Positions 62,901 to 64,000 of a stretch of 64,000 bases of DNA are shown in pieces; position 1 is the first letter of the stretch; the number at the start of each line of letters is the position of its first letter. The stretch is from Microbotryum violaceum (taxonomy: Eukaryota): the NCBI GenBank assembly GCA_001244265.2, contig CDLV01000011.1, positions 1,364,001 to 1,428,000 of the forward strand, in the 5' to 3' direction. Below the pieces are notes generated by a model. That model made no database searches. It saw only the letters and a program-made list of their open reading frames with translations, and was not told the origin of the DNA. Made by a program: the position numbers and the translations under genes.

Positions 62901-64000
62901 CGATCGTTTCTTGGAACACGCGTTGAACGGGTCCGTTGATGTTGGCTGCGGAGAGGAACTGGGCTTCGGCTTGTCGACCGAACAGGAGGAGGTTTTTGCG
63001 ACATTGGTCGAGGAGTGCCTGAAGTTTTTCGGGGGAGGAAGAGATGGTCGAAGTGGTAGAGTAGAGCAAGAGCGCTCGAGAGCGAATCGTCAAGAGGTCG
63101 TTGATATCTGTAGAGGAGAAGTATTCGGTCAGAAATCGTTTCCAATGAGCCCTTTGATTTCGAACATGGGGAGCGACTCACCCACGTCCCCATCCAGGCC
63201 TACACATCCTTTGATGAGCGAACCAAACATGCTCGTCATCAACGCGTCGATCTTCTTCTCCACCGCCAACCCGTTGGCAGCAGTAGCACCCTCATCATCG
63301 GCAATCTCAACCCTGGACTTGGCCCACCAATCGCGCCATTCGATCGGTGCACCCATAGGGGAGGTCAACACCTTTGCCACGAGAGTTGCACGTAGTTTGG
63401 GGTCGAAATCGGGGTTACGGAACAGGGATCCGAGAGCGTATTGCTGTACGGAGAGGACGAGAGTGGCGATCTCGGCTGGGGTCCAGTGGGGGGAGGTTAG
63501 GCTAGAAGGTAAGGGTATGCACAGCAAGTGGGCGTACGAGGCCCAGGGTGTTTGAGTCTTGGTCGATGCGGATGACTCGGAGACAGCACCCCCATTCGAG
63601 CTGAAATCTGTGTGGGACACTCGGAGCAAGCTGGTCTTGATGCGTTCCAATTCTGCCAAAGCGAGTCGATACTGTGCGGATATCGACAGTCGTCAGGAAG
63701 TGTGTGCGCAGGGAATAGACGGCAGAAGATGGGTCTTACGTGTTCTGTCTCGACGAGTCCGGCGACGAAACTGATGGCGGCTTTTTCAATCTCGACGAGT
63801 TTCTTGTCGATCTTGCCTTGATGGATGAGCGTTCGCAGCTCGTTCAACGCTTGGGTACAGTTCTTGGCGAGAGAGATGATCTCTGGAGGGGGCGTTGTCG
63901 ACGCGGGCCGAGAGGAAGTAGAGGCCGATGAGGAGGATGAGGACGAGCTTGTTTTGGAGGTGGCCTTGGCGGCGATCGTTGGCGCAGAGGAGCGAGTTTT
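56927..64000 (-). CDS. ESP1: Separase (peptidase C50), 5' end beyond the window
   Basis: WWAERKELDARL; LVLILDKSVQGFPWESLPCL..ISRLPSL; YVVNPGGDLKNTQ; catalytic YFGHGGAEQY and LWGCSSG; ANLWDVTDKDID; NGAAVVNYGLPV. Confidence 0.96.

Overview
Intron-rich, GC-rich eukaryotic DNA. Gene content and splice style point to a basidiomycete fungus, probably Pucciniomycotina/Microbotryomycetes (inference). All CDS coordinates are gene spans that include introns, assembled by eye from ORF pieces and GT..AG boundaries. In order: TOR kinase; a ~6.3 kb disabled non-LTR retrotransposon (ORF1, APE, RT, RNase H, Zn knuckle) lying tail-to-tail with a 5'-truncated fragment of a second LINE; an MFS transporter; DASH subunit Spc34 with a long C-terminal extension; a GT64 glycosyltransferase; DASH subunit Spc19; two predicted GPI-anchored pepsin-like proteases separated by a Spc19 pseudogene; LCL2-like; a small basic mitochondrial-type protein; PXMP4-like; an orphan RPN1 fragment; a She3-like coiled-coil protein; cardiolipin synthase; mitoribosomal mS29/DAP3; Rpp40-like; a Cys-rich single-pass membrane protein; symplekin/Pta1; and separase, cut by the window end. 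Most notable: (1) an old [Spc19+protease]x2 tandem duplication containing a 300-bp near-identical tract; (2) the partner genes Spc34 and Spc19 are linked; (3) the retroelement has a signal-peptide-like segment just before its endonuclease and an MDD catalytic motif; (4) a stray RPN1 exon fragment. No tRNA, rRNA or CRISPR array was seen.
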